Shown one piece after another: positions 38,801 through 50,806 of a stretch of DNA of 64,000 nucleotides. The position numbers and the translations under genes were made by a program. The stretch is from Phoronis australis (taxonomy: Eukaryota; Animalia; Phoronida), in NCBI GenBank assembly GCA_002633005.1, contig NMRA01000429.1:331322-395321 (forward strand), in the 5' to 3' direction. A model generated the notes under the pieces. That model ran no database searches. It saw nothing but the letters and a program-made list of their open reading frames with translations, and had not been told where the DNA came from. Positions within the stretch are counted from its first letter, which is position 1; the number at the start of each line of letters is the position of its first letter.

Positions 38801-40804
38801 GTTACTGGGGAATTTGGTGTATTTTATTTAAGGCTGTATTTCACCTTGTTTAGCTCGCTAAAAATGAAAATTAAATTAGACCTTTTTGTTGCATGTAATC
38901 AATCTCATAATTTTCTTTTCCGTAATAGATTTCTATTTCTATCACCAATAAGAGCACTGAAACCATTAGCAACTCAAGAAAATGATTTGGAGTTTATTGG
39001 GGATGGCCAACCCTAAAATTGCGAATGAAAAACTGGCCCGTGTAGGCATTGCCCTTGACTTGAGTTGTTAACAACTGAAATAGAATCCTATCACAGTAAC
39101 GAGTATTAAGAGACTCATTTATAGCCAGTTAAATGACGAAAATGCCACTTTTATATTAAAAGTATTTTGAACCAGTATTTTGTTGAGCTGCTTGAATTAT
39201 TAAATAGCTTTTCCTCAAACTAGAGCATTGTCTAATTAGTGTCGGCCAGTCCGAATACAGTAGTTTTCAAGCTAGACACAATGCATCTGTCAACCTTTCA
39301 CAAACATCTTGGCCAGAATTGTTCTGGCAGTATCCAAACTTTGGTCCTAATAAAATAATGCTTGAAGAGACACCTGTTGAGATTTAGCCAGAATCGAAAC
39401 ATGACCTTTGTTGAATTTCGACGTTGTACAGTTGATTTTCAAAACTGCTGCAAGTTCTGTGCTCTCACTTTTCCATTTTTATGCGCCCACATATGTGGAC
39501 GCATTATGTCGTCATCTCTGTCCAACCGTCCGGGCGGCCTCCATTCGGCGTCCGCTGCTTTATCTCCAAAACCCTTTGACATACATTCAGGAATTGTAGC
39601 ACATATGTTCCATTCATGAATGGGACGGCATGTGCGAACTTTCGGACGGATCCGACTACCGGTGTGCCCCCTAGTGGCAATTTTAGTTTTTTACGCTTAC
39701 CTTTGTATCTTCAAAAGTCCTGAATGGATTTTCATGAAATTTGGTATGTAGGCACCTATTAGTGAGATGACGCTATCCTACTGTTTTCAGATGGATTCGA
39801 CGTAGTTTGCGCCACCTAGTGGCCATTTTTACTGTTTTCGAGTCTGTATTTTTGCGTCCACCCCTCTATCAACCAAACCGCTCAAAGGATGATTGTGAAA
39901 ATTGGCGTGTATGTGCTTACTATAAGGAAGACAGCTGACAATGATTTTCAGACGATTTGGACTACTGTGGCGCCTCCTAGTGGCAGTTTTGTTTTTTTGC
40001 GCCCATGGCTGTATCTCCCAAACCGTTTGCAGGATCTTTACTAAATTTAGCAAGTGTATTTATGTGATGTTGACAACGGACGATGACGACTTTAGGATGA
40101 TTCTGACTACCGGTATGCCTCTAGTGGCAATTTTAGTATTTGCCTCTAGTGGCAATTTTAGTATTTTACATTGACCTCTGTATTTTCATAGGTCTTCAGG
40201 TGTATACTTTGTGTTACTTCGTGACTATGAAGGAAAAGTTCCAAGTAGAAATTTGTTTCTGGCATTCTAATGCTGTGGTAATCTCGTATGTTGGTAAATT
40301 TGTTTTTAATTCTATGTTTCTGTGGTGCTTTAAGCAACTGATGTATGGGATGTGCTTGTATTATGAAGATCACTCACATTTTGCCCCTAGCCTATTGAGG
40401 AGACAATGACCATGCCTTTCCATTTTGCAAAGTACAACATACTACATATATGCCCTCTACTGGCCACTTTATGGTACCAATAAACAACCCTAGGATACCG
40501 TATACAGTGCATTTGTGGGCGCATTTCAACGCTCTGCATTGCTCTTGTTATAATTGTCCCCAATGGGCACTACGCCTACTGATTTCCCATCTCCCCTGGT
40601 ACATAATGATTTTCCATTTGATGCAATAGTGACACAGGTGTTCATGTGCTTGTTTTGTGCGACTTACACAAAGCATCACACTTGAAAAAATTTTAGATAC
40701 GTAAAGCATCCCAAATTAGTCAAAATGTCTAGAAATGGAAAAGGTAACGTTCCTCTATTAAAAAAAACTCTCATTGCAGACGGAGAATGCTGAATCCAGA
40801 CTGA
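32750..40804 (+). CDS. Multi-exon coiled-coil protein gene of unknown identity (5' end not found)
   Basis: Phase-compatible AG/GT exons: 32750-32862, 34337-34463, 35648-35842, 36711-36893, possibly 37686-37754, 38091-38179, and a tentative terminal exon 40780-40804 (LRRMLNPD*). All encode E/K/Q/L-rich heptad sequence. Confidence 0.6.
34088..34350. repeat. 43-bp minisatellite, about 6 units, with more degenerate units back to about 33820
   Basis: catgacattgactNcatctgtatattgttgtaactagNcaatt units start at 34088, 34131, 34174, 34217 and 34260, with a diverged unit near 34306. Confidence 0.85.
34337..34463 (+). CDS. Coiled-coil gene exon (...QKELEDLEARHRQEMEQLQKQFDDDCDELRK)
   Basis: ttttgcag acceptor and AAG|gtaagt donor. 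Confidence 0.65.
34700..35605 (+). mobile_element. L2/CR1-group LINE 3' end with terminal stem-loop and tail
   Basis: GFHEVWLNQGV; RFHCSSHSLVIEVGR...RVCPFCPNVVEDEYHFLLSC; hairpin at 35491-35531, AATAAA at 35578, (TAC)n tail. Confidence 0.75.
35648..35842 (+). CDS. Coiled-coil gene exon (QNRESEDAMTELCQREKFLE...GGVCK)
   Basis: tgtccag acceptor, AAG|gt donor, open frame, phase 0-0. Confidence 0.7.
36711..36893 (+). CDS. Coiled-coil gene exon (ASCDHEKTLELL...EEDFKQR)
   Basis: tgtttcag acceptor, AGG|gtgagt donor, phase 0-0. Confidence 0.75.
38091..38179 (+). CDS. Coiled-coil gene exon (LQNKWQERYRKWMETTEAKIVELQRANQV)
   Basis: Pyrimidine-rich ttgtag acceptor and TT|gtgagt donor. Confidence 0.65.
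39476..40549 (+). mobile_element. Helentron-associated non-autonomous element (HINE/DINE-1-like)
   Basis: 5' TTTTTATGCGCCCAC with adjacent inverted repeat and a gtcc/ccgt tract, ~150-bp internal repeats, 3' subTIR GTGGGCGCAT and a terminal stem-loop. An inverse copy lies at 60398-61642. Confidence 0.7.
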
Positions 40805-41369
40805 GAAGGAAGTAATTCATTTCAAGTTAAATCACTTACCAGATGTCGCAAGTCTCTGCCTTGATTGCCAGAAACGGCATGGTCAACAGATTGTGTTGCT
40901 GTTGTAACATTTCAATATTCTGTCCAGATAATGCGCTGCATGTTACAGAAATTGTAATGTTCTTGTGTTCGATTCACATAATTCCGATATTTTCAAGATT
41001 GGCACAATGTGGTTTTGGCAACACCATAAACGTGCTATATTCTTACCTTGTGGGTGTCATGTAAAAAAATGGTTTGGACAACTCTACATTTACCTGAGTG
41101 AACAGTCAGGCATTGTAGGAAACTTGCACCTTCTGTCAAAACTAATTAGTCCACTTATCATGATTTTTAGTTTTGAGAAAACTGACAGCTCATTGTTTGC
41201 TTCAGACAATGTACATCATGCTGCTCGTTATGTTTAGATGCCAGGGCATTATGGCTGTCTGGAAAGGCGATTTAACAAATTTCAAATCAAACAGTCATGT
41301 GATAAGTTACTATTTGATGTTGCTTTAGTAAAGCAAATATGCCTGTAGCAAAAGTGAAGGTTTTTACAT

Positions 41370-41760
41370 CAGAGCACAAAACCGGGTAAGCCCAGAGAAT
41401 TTTTAAAAAATTGGCGTCCCCTTTCTTTGTTAAATATAAACTATAAAATTTTGTCATCATGATAATTCTTTTAGCCAATTTTATATACTGTAGAAAGCTG
41501 AAAGTAGAGCCTCCACTTTTCAAAAAAGAATTAGAAATTAATTTCTCATTCAGAAAATATAATTATTGTAAAAATGGATTAGGAGACATATTTCTCCGAA
41601 GATGGTCTCTTTTTTCCTATTTTAAAAGAAACTACAAATTTGGTGTTTTTAGTTTGTGAAATTGAGTTCTCGATGAAATGTGTGTGTGTAATGTGTCATT
41701 GGGGATTTCTGTCTTTGTACGGTACTGTTCTGTTATTATTGCAATAAATGTTGAAAAAAA
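41370..41760 (+). mobile_element. Tx1/L1-type LINE extreme 3' end
   Basis: N.VIMIILLANFIY...P.F...E......W pattern, followed by AATAAA and an A-rich tail. Confidence 0.45.
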
Positions 41761-41844
41761 TGTATTGCGGCTTTAAATGTTTGTCCAAGCTAACTCTTCG
41801 TTTGTGCACAATATTTACGTTAAACTGTAGTAGAACTGATTTAA

Positions 41845-42710
41845 TGGAATATGTCGAGCAAAAACAAAGGGAAATTTTTTAGCGTCATGAGCGCCAGCTC
41901 ATTCGCGATACCTTTGAAAAGGAAATGGCCCGTGAAAATCATATCTTAAATCAACAGGTAGAGTTGCATAGGCTTAAAAATGCTGGAATCGAAATGGGTT
42001 CAGCAACCGCGAAAACCATGTCCAGAGGGGTTAAAAATTACCGTGTTTTGATGAAAATTGTGACAACATGGATTCATACCTCTCAAGGTTTGAGAAGTAT
42101 GCAGCCACAAATGGCTGCAGCTAAGAGATGGCTATGAATTTGAGTGTCCTTCAATGGAAGGCACTTGACACTCCAGTGAGGATGTCAACTGAGAATGTAG
42201 ACAACTAAGAAAATTAAAGAAGCTTTGTTGAAAAGTAATGTATTGACCGAAGACGGTTGTAGGAAAAGGTTTTTCAATCTTCTATTGAAAAAGGGGAAAC
42301 TGCCGCTCAATTCATAGCACGCTTATCCATGACATTTGACCGCCAGGTGTGAAATGACCCATGAATCATAATGACTGAGGAAATCTGCCCCAACATTGCT
42401 CTCGCCCTTAATGTATTCCACTCTGAAGCAAAACGGTTGCAAGGACATGGTCCACCTCAGTCCTCTGATTAGTAAATTTGGCTTTGAGCAAATGCAACAG
42501 TGACTGATGGTGTCTGAGAAAAACATTCTTTCTCATAAAGGTAGACTCTAACCTTACCGATTGCCCAACAGATTGCCATGCACTCACGTTCCATAACTTA
42601 ATATCTGTTCGCGTCTTTTAATAACTTTTTACTAGCATGAAGTGATTTACCTAGTTTTAAAATGACGCCAAGTGCTGTCAACTACAAAATTTTTGATGGT
42701 TTGGAAGTCT
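41845..42710. mobile_element. Ty3/Gypsy LTR-retrotransposon remnants: gag-like piece (plus) abutting an RNase H piece (minus)
   Basis: Plus strand: KLKEALL..LTEDG.RKRF...KGETAAQFIARL. Minus strand: MERECMAICWAI and LRWTMSLQPFCFRVEYIKGESNVGADFLS. Confidence 0.7.
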
Positions 42711-42719
42711 TCATTTCTC

Positions 42720-43210
42720 CCATGGCCAGTGGGCCTTATTTATGGAACACTCTCCCTTCCTACATGTATGCTAAATCTGCAGCATCCTAGATAAGCTTTA
42801 AAAAAATTTCAAATCAATTTAACTCCATGTAGATGTGTTCTGTGTAGTAGACCAGACTATTTTTTAATTTCTGTCATTTATCCGTTGTTGTTTGTATTAC
42901 CAGCTGTGCCGTATGTGTATGTATGACTGTATTTTAATATTTATTGTCCGTTTTATTAAATATTTATATTTTATTTAATCATGTTCTATTACTCTTTAGT
43001 ATCTTCTATTGATTATTTTTATTATTTATTTTGTTTCATCAGTCTTTCCATGTTAATTTCTTATTCTTCACTGTTTATTTAAATCATTCATTTTGTAATT
43101 CCGTTTGTTTGTCTTACTGTCTTTGTATGTTTTTACTGAGTGCCCTCATGGAAAGCAGTGTGAACTGATGCGGCTACCCGTATTGTAAATATTACAAAAA
43201 TATTAATAAC
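42720..43210 (+). mobile_element. L2/Crack-like LINE 3' end
   Basis: GPYLWNTLP...FKK remnant, T-rich UTR and a ggaaagcag...aactga terminal motif. Confidence 0.45.
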
Positions 43211-44990
43211 GCTACATTGTTTACGAGTTAATGCTAATTTTCATTATTCCAGACTGACGTCACTAATTCTCTACAAAAGACCAACATTGCAAAAAAATAG
43301 TTCTACCACACAAAAACAACTTCTGCCCAGTGTTTCTTTGTCATTGATATGAATTTAGTTAAACTAATTACCTGAAATGTTATTGATCCCCCATTGCCGC
43401 ACAAGTTAAAGTTGCGTGCAAGTTGTACAGTGCACGGCAGGTTACAATGATTACGTCACACTCACTGTCAATTTTTAAAATAATGTAAAAACGTTTTCAC
43501 TTTCTACAATGATGAAATAAAATTACGCAAACGCCATCACTTTATTTTTCATTCCCTCAGTCACAACAAAATCATCAACACCACAAATTCAATTTTATAT
43601 TCTTCACAACACAAGAGAACCTTATAGCAAGATTCATTAGGGTTTTACTTTATGGCACTAGATGTCACTGCTACATTGTGATTTTGCTCAAACATGACCA
43701 GGATTCGTAGCAGGAATGTATTGCCATGACAGCAATAAAAGCCTTCAAAGAGACCTTTGCTAGAGTATTCAATTTGTCTCAAGATCAATAAGAAACTTTT
43801 TTGCAAAACGGTCAGGAATAAATCTCTTATTGAAATTGCCAAAATTATGGAGCGAAAATTTTGGTGTACATATTTTGGAAACTTACTCCACAGTTACTGC
43901 AGAGTGATGTTCTAAAAGGTAATAAGTGCTTTAATTCCACTGTCTATAAAGGATTCAGGAAAAAGTGTCACCAGTCAGAAATTACAAGCTAAAGCGAAAA
44001 TAACAGCAACCTCAACAACATCTTAATATTTACCACTAAAATGGAATGATATTGAGAACATTTCGCGTTTCATCAAAACTAGAAATAAGCCACAGGTTGG
44101 CAATGTAAACCAGTCAAACTGGATAAAGGACGGTTACAGTTTAACAGTGGACAGGGGTAGTAAACATTTTAATCTAATTACAACTGAAACATTCTAACGA
44201 AGATTTTCACAAAAAATCTCACCTATTTAAGATGCTATGGAAACCTGTACATTAATTTTGTATTTTAGAATGCTTTTAATTTCAAGTTTACCAAAGCCAC
44301 CGTCAAGGTTTTGAGAAAGTGTGCATTCATAACAACTTTAAAAGCCAGATGCAAAGGTCAAATTATTTTTTCCCAAAATTGTTGAGATATTATCGTATCG
44401 GCCTATCTAATTAAACACAGTGTGTCTATACAGGGTGAAATTTCCGGAAAATACTTTCAGCCGAGGGTGCATATTTAGGAAAATGTGCATCTGATGAACC
44501 CTTTTCGATAGTCTGACGACAGAAAGTGGACACCCAAAAATTAACCAAACTTAATTTTCAAGGTTCCTCTTTTGCTACATTATTAAGAAGAATGCCTTGA
44601 ATAGGAAATTTCACTTGAGAACCAGCTAAAGTTTCTAAATGCCCCGACATATACTGGGCACTGCTAGCAATAAGCCTGGAAGTAAATTCAACTTTTTAGT
44701 AACAAAAATGGCAACTGAAAGTAAGCTGGGGATAACGAAAGCTTAATATGATAAGAAAACCTGTATCTGTGGCACCCTGAAGAGTTCTATGTCCATATAA
44801 AATCATAAACCCTGGCATTGACGTTTGAGCTCGTGTTTCAAAACAATACGACTTTACTCAAAAATAACAAATGCAACACACTTGTGACAAGCCTATTGAG
44901 TGCCCTAAAAATTAATAATTAAAATCAACAACCATCTTTATCACGATGTACAATAACTATACAATAAGCTGTAATGAGTGTAGCTGCTCC

Positions 44991-45059
44991 TTATCCCAGG
45001 ACTGGTTTGTCCACAAACTTGAGGGTCTTAGCCGGCTTGTGGAGTTCAAAGACAATAAA
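44991..45059 (-). CDS. GLB1-like terminal exon ([22 protein letters not shown])
   Basis: tttcag acceptor and in-frame TAA. Confidence 0.85.
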   Translation of the reverse strand, partial: FIVFELHKPAKTLKFVDKPVLG

Positions 45060-48000
45060 CTGAAACAAACAGCACAGTGAAAACTTAAATTTCACGCATG
45101 CACAACAGATTACAACAGGCAGCATAAAAAGTACTGATACACAAAAAAATCAGCTGTTCATTTCTCTTTAATCTTAAGTTGGTATTTCGCTCCGTTTAAT
45201 TGGCTAAAATGAATTTCAAAATTAAATTAGGTCTTCCACTCTGATAAAATCACCCTCATAATCATCCTAACCAACAACTACACTAAAAACATCAACGACT
45301 AGAGAATACACTTCAGAGTTTATTTGGGTTGAAAAAACAGTGCAGATGGCATGATGTCATTTGCAGTGCATCAGACGTGTGCAGGCCTCATGGTTGGGCC
45401 CATTGCACAAAACACCTGAGCTAAAGCACAAGAGCCCCATTATGATTCTTCGTGAAGGAAGTTTTCAAGTCTGCCAGTCTCCGTTAAGAAAATGGACAGA
45501 TATTTCCATTTGTTCCCAAATGCACAATATGTTGTAGGCACATAACAGTGCAATCCAGTAGGTTGTTCCTTACCCTGTAAAAAGCTGTGCAAGACTCTAC
45601 CAGGTGTTTAGGGGTTTCAACGTCAATACCACACTCGGGACACACTAGGCTCCCCATATGCCCAGCAATGTGTCTGTGTTGGGCAAGGTTACAGTGGCCC
45701 GTAAAAATTTGAATGACATGTCTTAGAAGGTTTTTTGAACCTTTTGGTTTGACCAAACCTAAAATTTTATGCAACCTTTAAGACTTGAGTTGGCAATGGA
45801 AATGGAATCCTATCACGGTAAGGAATGTTTACCAGACCAATTTATCAGAGTGAAAGGCCCGATTCAAATTTTTGTTGTTTTCAGCCAGTTAAACAGTGTG
45901 AAATGTAGGTTAAAAGCATCAGTGTAAAGTATGCCATTAAGCAGTCAACAACATAATCTCACTACTACTTTAGTATGGAGGTATGAAGCACACTGTCAAT
46001 TCAAGGCAACTACCTGTGTTGATGGCAACACTTGTTAATTCAAAGAAAATTAATCATGTTGTCCCCCCACCCTAATTGTTCATGAAATCATCAACGATTC
46101 TTTGATGAGTTAAGTCTGATATTCTTGAGCCTACATCTAGTCCACTATAACTCACCTGGTTGGCTCCTGCTTTCAACAACGGACCAGGTATGTAGAGTGT
46201 CTGCTGCGGACCTTTGTTCCAATACCGGCCCAAGTTGAAACCATTCAAGAACACAACTCCTTTGGTCCACTCCTAAAACAGCATATCATTTCATCTTTAA
46301 GTTAATGATCAAACATGTTGAAGAGTTACTGTGCAAAATAGAATCTAAAAATGCCAGGATTTACCACCCAAGATCAGTAACCACTTTGTACAGTATGCAA
46401 CTATGGCAGTCAGCCTAACAAGTGTTTTGACAGTGTATCCTCCATTGACAGTACTCCTGATCAACACCCTAACGATTTCCCCTGAATAAACAAGTAGCTA
46501 ACCAACCGCCTTGACTGACATTGAATTCAGTTCAAGTTTTGGACAGAAGCAGCCAGCATCACGCACATGTCAAGATCTTGATTACTGAACCACACAAAAT
46601 CTTAGTTTTTAGAATGCAGGTGGTAAATTTTTGAAGCATAAGAGAAGGCTAAGGATTGCTAAATTGACATTTTAAATAACAAGGATTTGACACAATTTGT
46701 GCTGATATGGTGAAAATCACAATTACTTTTCTTTGATTAAATTATTAGTTGTCAGCAAGGTATTGACATCGAGAAGCATGGTTTCGGAGACATTGAGTTA
46801 TGGGGAGTTGATCATGGTTACACAATTCATGAGCCAAGTGAGCTGACTTATATCGCTTGTAAAATTTTACCCTCTAGTTCAATTTTCTCTAAGGTGACCC
46901 AGGGAATATGTTGTAACCTTTCGCAGAAAGTCTACAGAATTTATAGTGAAGTAAAAATATGATGAAAAGATGCTGAAAATAGCATAAGGTATACTCGTGC
47001 CCCAAGAAGGCAGACTGACTAAGAAGGCCAACTGTTTGAATTCAATGGATGATTTGATCACGAAGATTTAGTGCTCACTAGAAAATGTTTTGCCTTATAC
47101 CTATCGTGAACTGGAGCTACACAATAACATGTTTACTCCGAAGGAACCAACTGTTAAGCCAGGCAGGTTCTTACATGTTGCTGAAAAATATTTCTTGGGG
47201 CAGAATTTCCCAATAACTTCCTATTTGACAGTCAAATGAAATGTAATACAGCAAAACTGAGTAGCAGTCGTGATGCTTAACAAAACAAACCCGCATGTCC
47301 AAGAATGTATCCGGACCAGGACTGGATGGAATGTTGATCCACGCTTTGTAGACAGCTGGCTCAGACGGTGCATTCTCCACTTTAGTGAAAGGTAACCACT
47401 TGGCACTGCTAAGCTTTTGAACATAACCGGGTTTGAACTCTAGAGAATAGATGGTCCAGTCAGACAGCACCTGCCCATCTAGAGTCACTGGCTTGTCAAG
47501 ACCTGAAAGCAGTATACATAAGCTGATGAATGATTAAAGAAATACCATGAAATTGAATCAAATGCACCCCAGTATATCCAAATTTTAAATACTTAATCAT
47601 TTTAATAATTACTTATAGCGCGTATATCTAAAGCCAACAAATGCAGGCTTATTGACAAATTTACTCTTCAACAAATTAAGCTGCTGAATTCTCAATGAAA
47701 TTGCAGTCTGCAACTGATTACAGTTAGACACAGTGGCAGTTACTTCACAGACGACCAGGAAACAGTAAACATCAATCATTATCATACAAATGATAAGTAT
47801 CCAAGCACACGAGATTACAGTTAATAGATGACAAAAACAAAAAATACATCAAAGAACACAATATAGGGGAAAATATTACACTTCAACAACTGAAATCACA
47901 CAGAAGTACAGTCACAAAGACTAAGCATGGTAGTTGCATGCATTTGTTCTAAAGCCAGCTGGGCAAATGGAAAGGAATGCATGCAATCTTGAACACATGG

Positions 48001-50764
48001 CTCAGTGTCACTGTCAAACGCTGTGAAGTAGTTACAAGTCAGAGTAATTCTTGCATTCAACCCAGGTATAATGCCCTATGTCCATTGATCTTAAATGTAT
48101 ATGATACCGTCAAGTTATTGCGTTTCTATTGTGTGAATTAAAATGGTCACAATTTGAGAACCTAATGTACGCAGCACACAGGTATCAGTGGTGTAACTGT
48201 ATAGTAAGTTGCACAATATTGTTAGCGTGTATGGGGTGTGATGAGGCTTTTGGGATGTAAGAAAATGCCCACCTAATGAGGGTGTAAAGGGTATAACAGT
48301 GTGCACAGTGTCAGCGTGCTCAAAGTCTGGACGGTATGTGAAATGTATTATGGTGTCTAAAATGTGGGAGTGCCGATACTGCGAGTCTGAGATGTAAGTG
48401 CACAAGGAAGGGTGCGTTCCATGGAGCAATTTTCTTGCAAGAACGACGAGATCTGTGACCACATAAAATCGTGTCCGGAAGGGGAATATTTTATGAGTTG
48501 GCTCCAGACCATACTCGCACACAAAAGCCAACGGGCTGTCACTGTCAAGGCTGGAAGGTTGAACTAGGTCTAAAATTCACAGTACATATCCCAAAGCAAA
48601 GTTTTCTCTTCCCAAATCTTGCACATTACGTAACACAGCACGACTATAAGGTGTCTGGAGATTGAGAGCAACTAAACAGAGGTGTGTTTCACTCAAGTGT
48701 TTGTTACCTTTCCTCTGCTCGTTCATGACAGCATCTTGGTACATGGCATAGTTAACACGACCCATGTTCTCCACAACAATGTCCAAGGTGTTAACAGGCT
48801 GTTGGTGAAGTGGAGTAACACAAAATGATGTCATGGTGTTAGTATTAAACACACAACACAAGGACTGCACTATAGCAACACAAACATTCAGTAGCCAGGC
48901 AAAGGCAAGCTATTTTCCATGCAATCCAGTCCTTAGCTCCTATAAAGCCCGCTCAGTGGATATGTCAAATCTCTGTGCACCTTTAAAGGCTACTCATTCT
49001 TCCTCAGTGTCAGTTAATTTTGGATAACATGCAACAAGTTACTACAATACCGATTGATTTGAAGTTTGTATGTGTCGTAGTCAGGGTGATATGTAAACCT
49101 AATGGCTAGTGTTTTGTGATTTGTAAAACTGGGAAGGGATCAGTAATGCTAGGACCTCGCTAAAATCTAGCCAAGAGCATGTGCTCTCCTTTAAAATGCA
49201 CAGCAATATCTCGTGTAATCTCCCCAAGTTTTGCTTTTTAGCGAGGTCCTAGCGCTACTGAACACTACCTTGACGTTACATAAACTGATAGATTGAGAGC
49301 CGAATGATTCACCAACTGAATGATTGCAATTTTCAAAGAAAAAGCAACAGCTTAGCCCCTAAAAATGGTTTGTTGATGTTTTCTACTTCAAGTTCTTATG
49401 TGGACCCCTATGCCCCCACCCCCACCTATGGATTGATTGATCGACTTGTCAAATTGGATATGTTAAGTAGATGATGTCGCCTGCTGATTACATTCAGTTT
49501 GATAATAGCTGATTGGTAAAAAATATTAACAGCAAGCCATGCATGTCTCGACTGTGAGAAGAGGAGTTTCATTTTGTAATGTTTATTATGGAAAATAACT
49601 GCTAGAAAGCATTACACATTGGGCATAATAAACCTCACTGATAGATAAAACAAAAGTTTAAAATGCACTCTGGCAATGTATACTTTAGAGAATGAGATAC
49701 CACTTGAGCAAAACTATAAAAAACTAAACACCAATGCCTCTACCAAACCCAGAGTGACATAAGACACTACCTTTACGTTGTTGGCTTAAATCTGGATTGC
49801 CTTGCCAGGCATAATTAACTCGTCCTGTGTTCTCAACAAGAATGTCCAGCACACTGCTCGCCTTGAAAGGGTAAGTAGCGGAAGTTAAAAGCAATTCAGA
49901 AAGCAGTTCACAAAATTAATAAAAACACCCTTCCAAGGGGGACCCAGGTATTCATTCCACATGATGGTTAGCGGGAGTCACTGCACATAGAAAATCAAGA
50001 TCAAAGCAACACTTCAGCAAATTTGAAAATGGGTACCTGAGAAAATACCCAAAAATGAGACCCTCTTCCCTGTAATCACTACTTCCATTTATCCACCAAC
50101 GATGATACCACGAAGCCGAAACACCCACCCGACATGGCACCTGTGAGGGCAAAGTACCCACTTGAGACGTCGGCAACTCTTCAGAAAGGCAAGAACCAAC
50201 CCCTTACATTCACAGGTATTTAGAGACACCAGAGGCGAATTGAGTACAATTTGTCTAAAGCGTCTTTAAATACAATGCAACACCAGGGATACCAGAGAAG
50301 AATTCTAGAGTACAGTATACGCCAAACAGTGATAGACAGGTTGCTTCTGAGGCAATGGGCATATTCGGGGAAAGTGTGGTTTGCAAAGGACATCTGACAA
50401 GTGCAAACTTACTGTGTTGTAGTTGTGAGTAACCCTTGCATGACTCAAGAACATTTCAGAAATGAATGATGAAATTTAAAGGAAAATTACTAATACTACA
50501 ACGCATTCGCAAAATGCTTTTCACAAAATTATGGCTTTTAGGGAACTTAATTAAAAGCAAAACCAAAATAAATGATAAAATTATGATACCATTTTTAAAT
50601 TTTGAAATTTGGTCAATATTCTCGATAACGTTTTTGCAATGATTGAAAGAACCTGAATTTATTTTACCGCAAAATTTTGGGAAAAACACATGGTTATTGA
50701 ACCCAATCAATGGCAGATTGGTATTAAATCCACAATCTAAGTCTGCTCTATTTCTACTTTCAAA

Positions 50765-50806
<42 letters not shown>

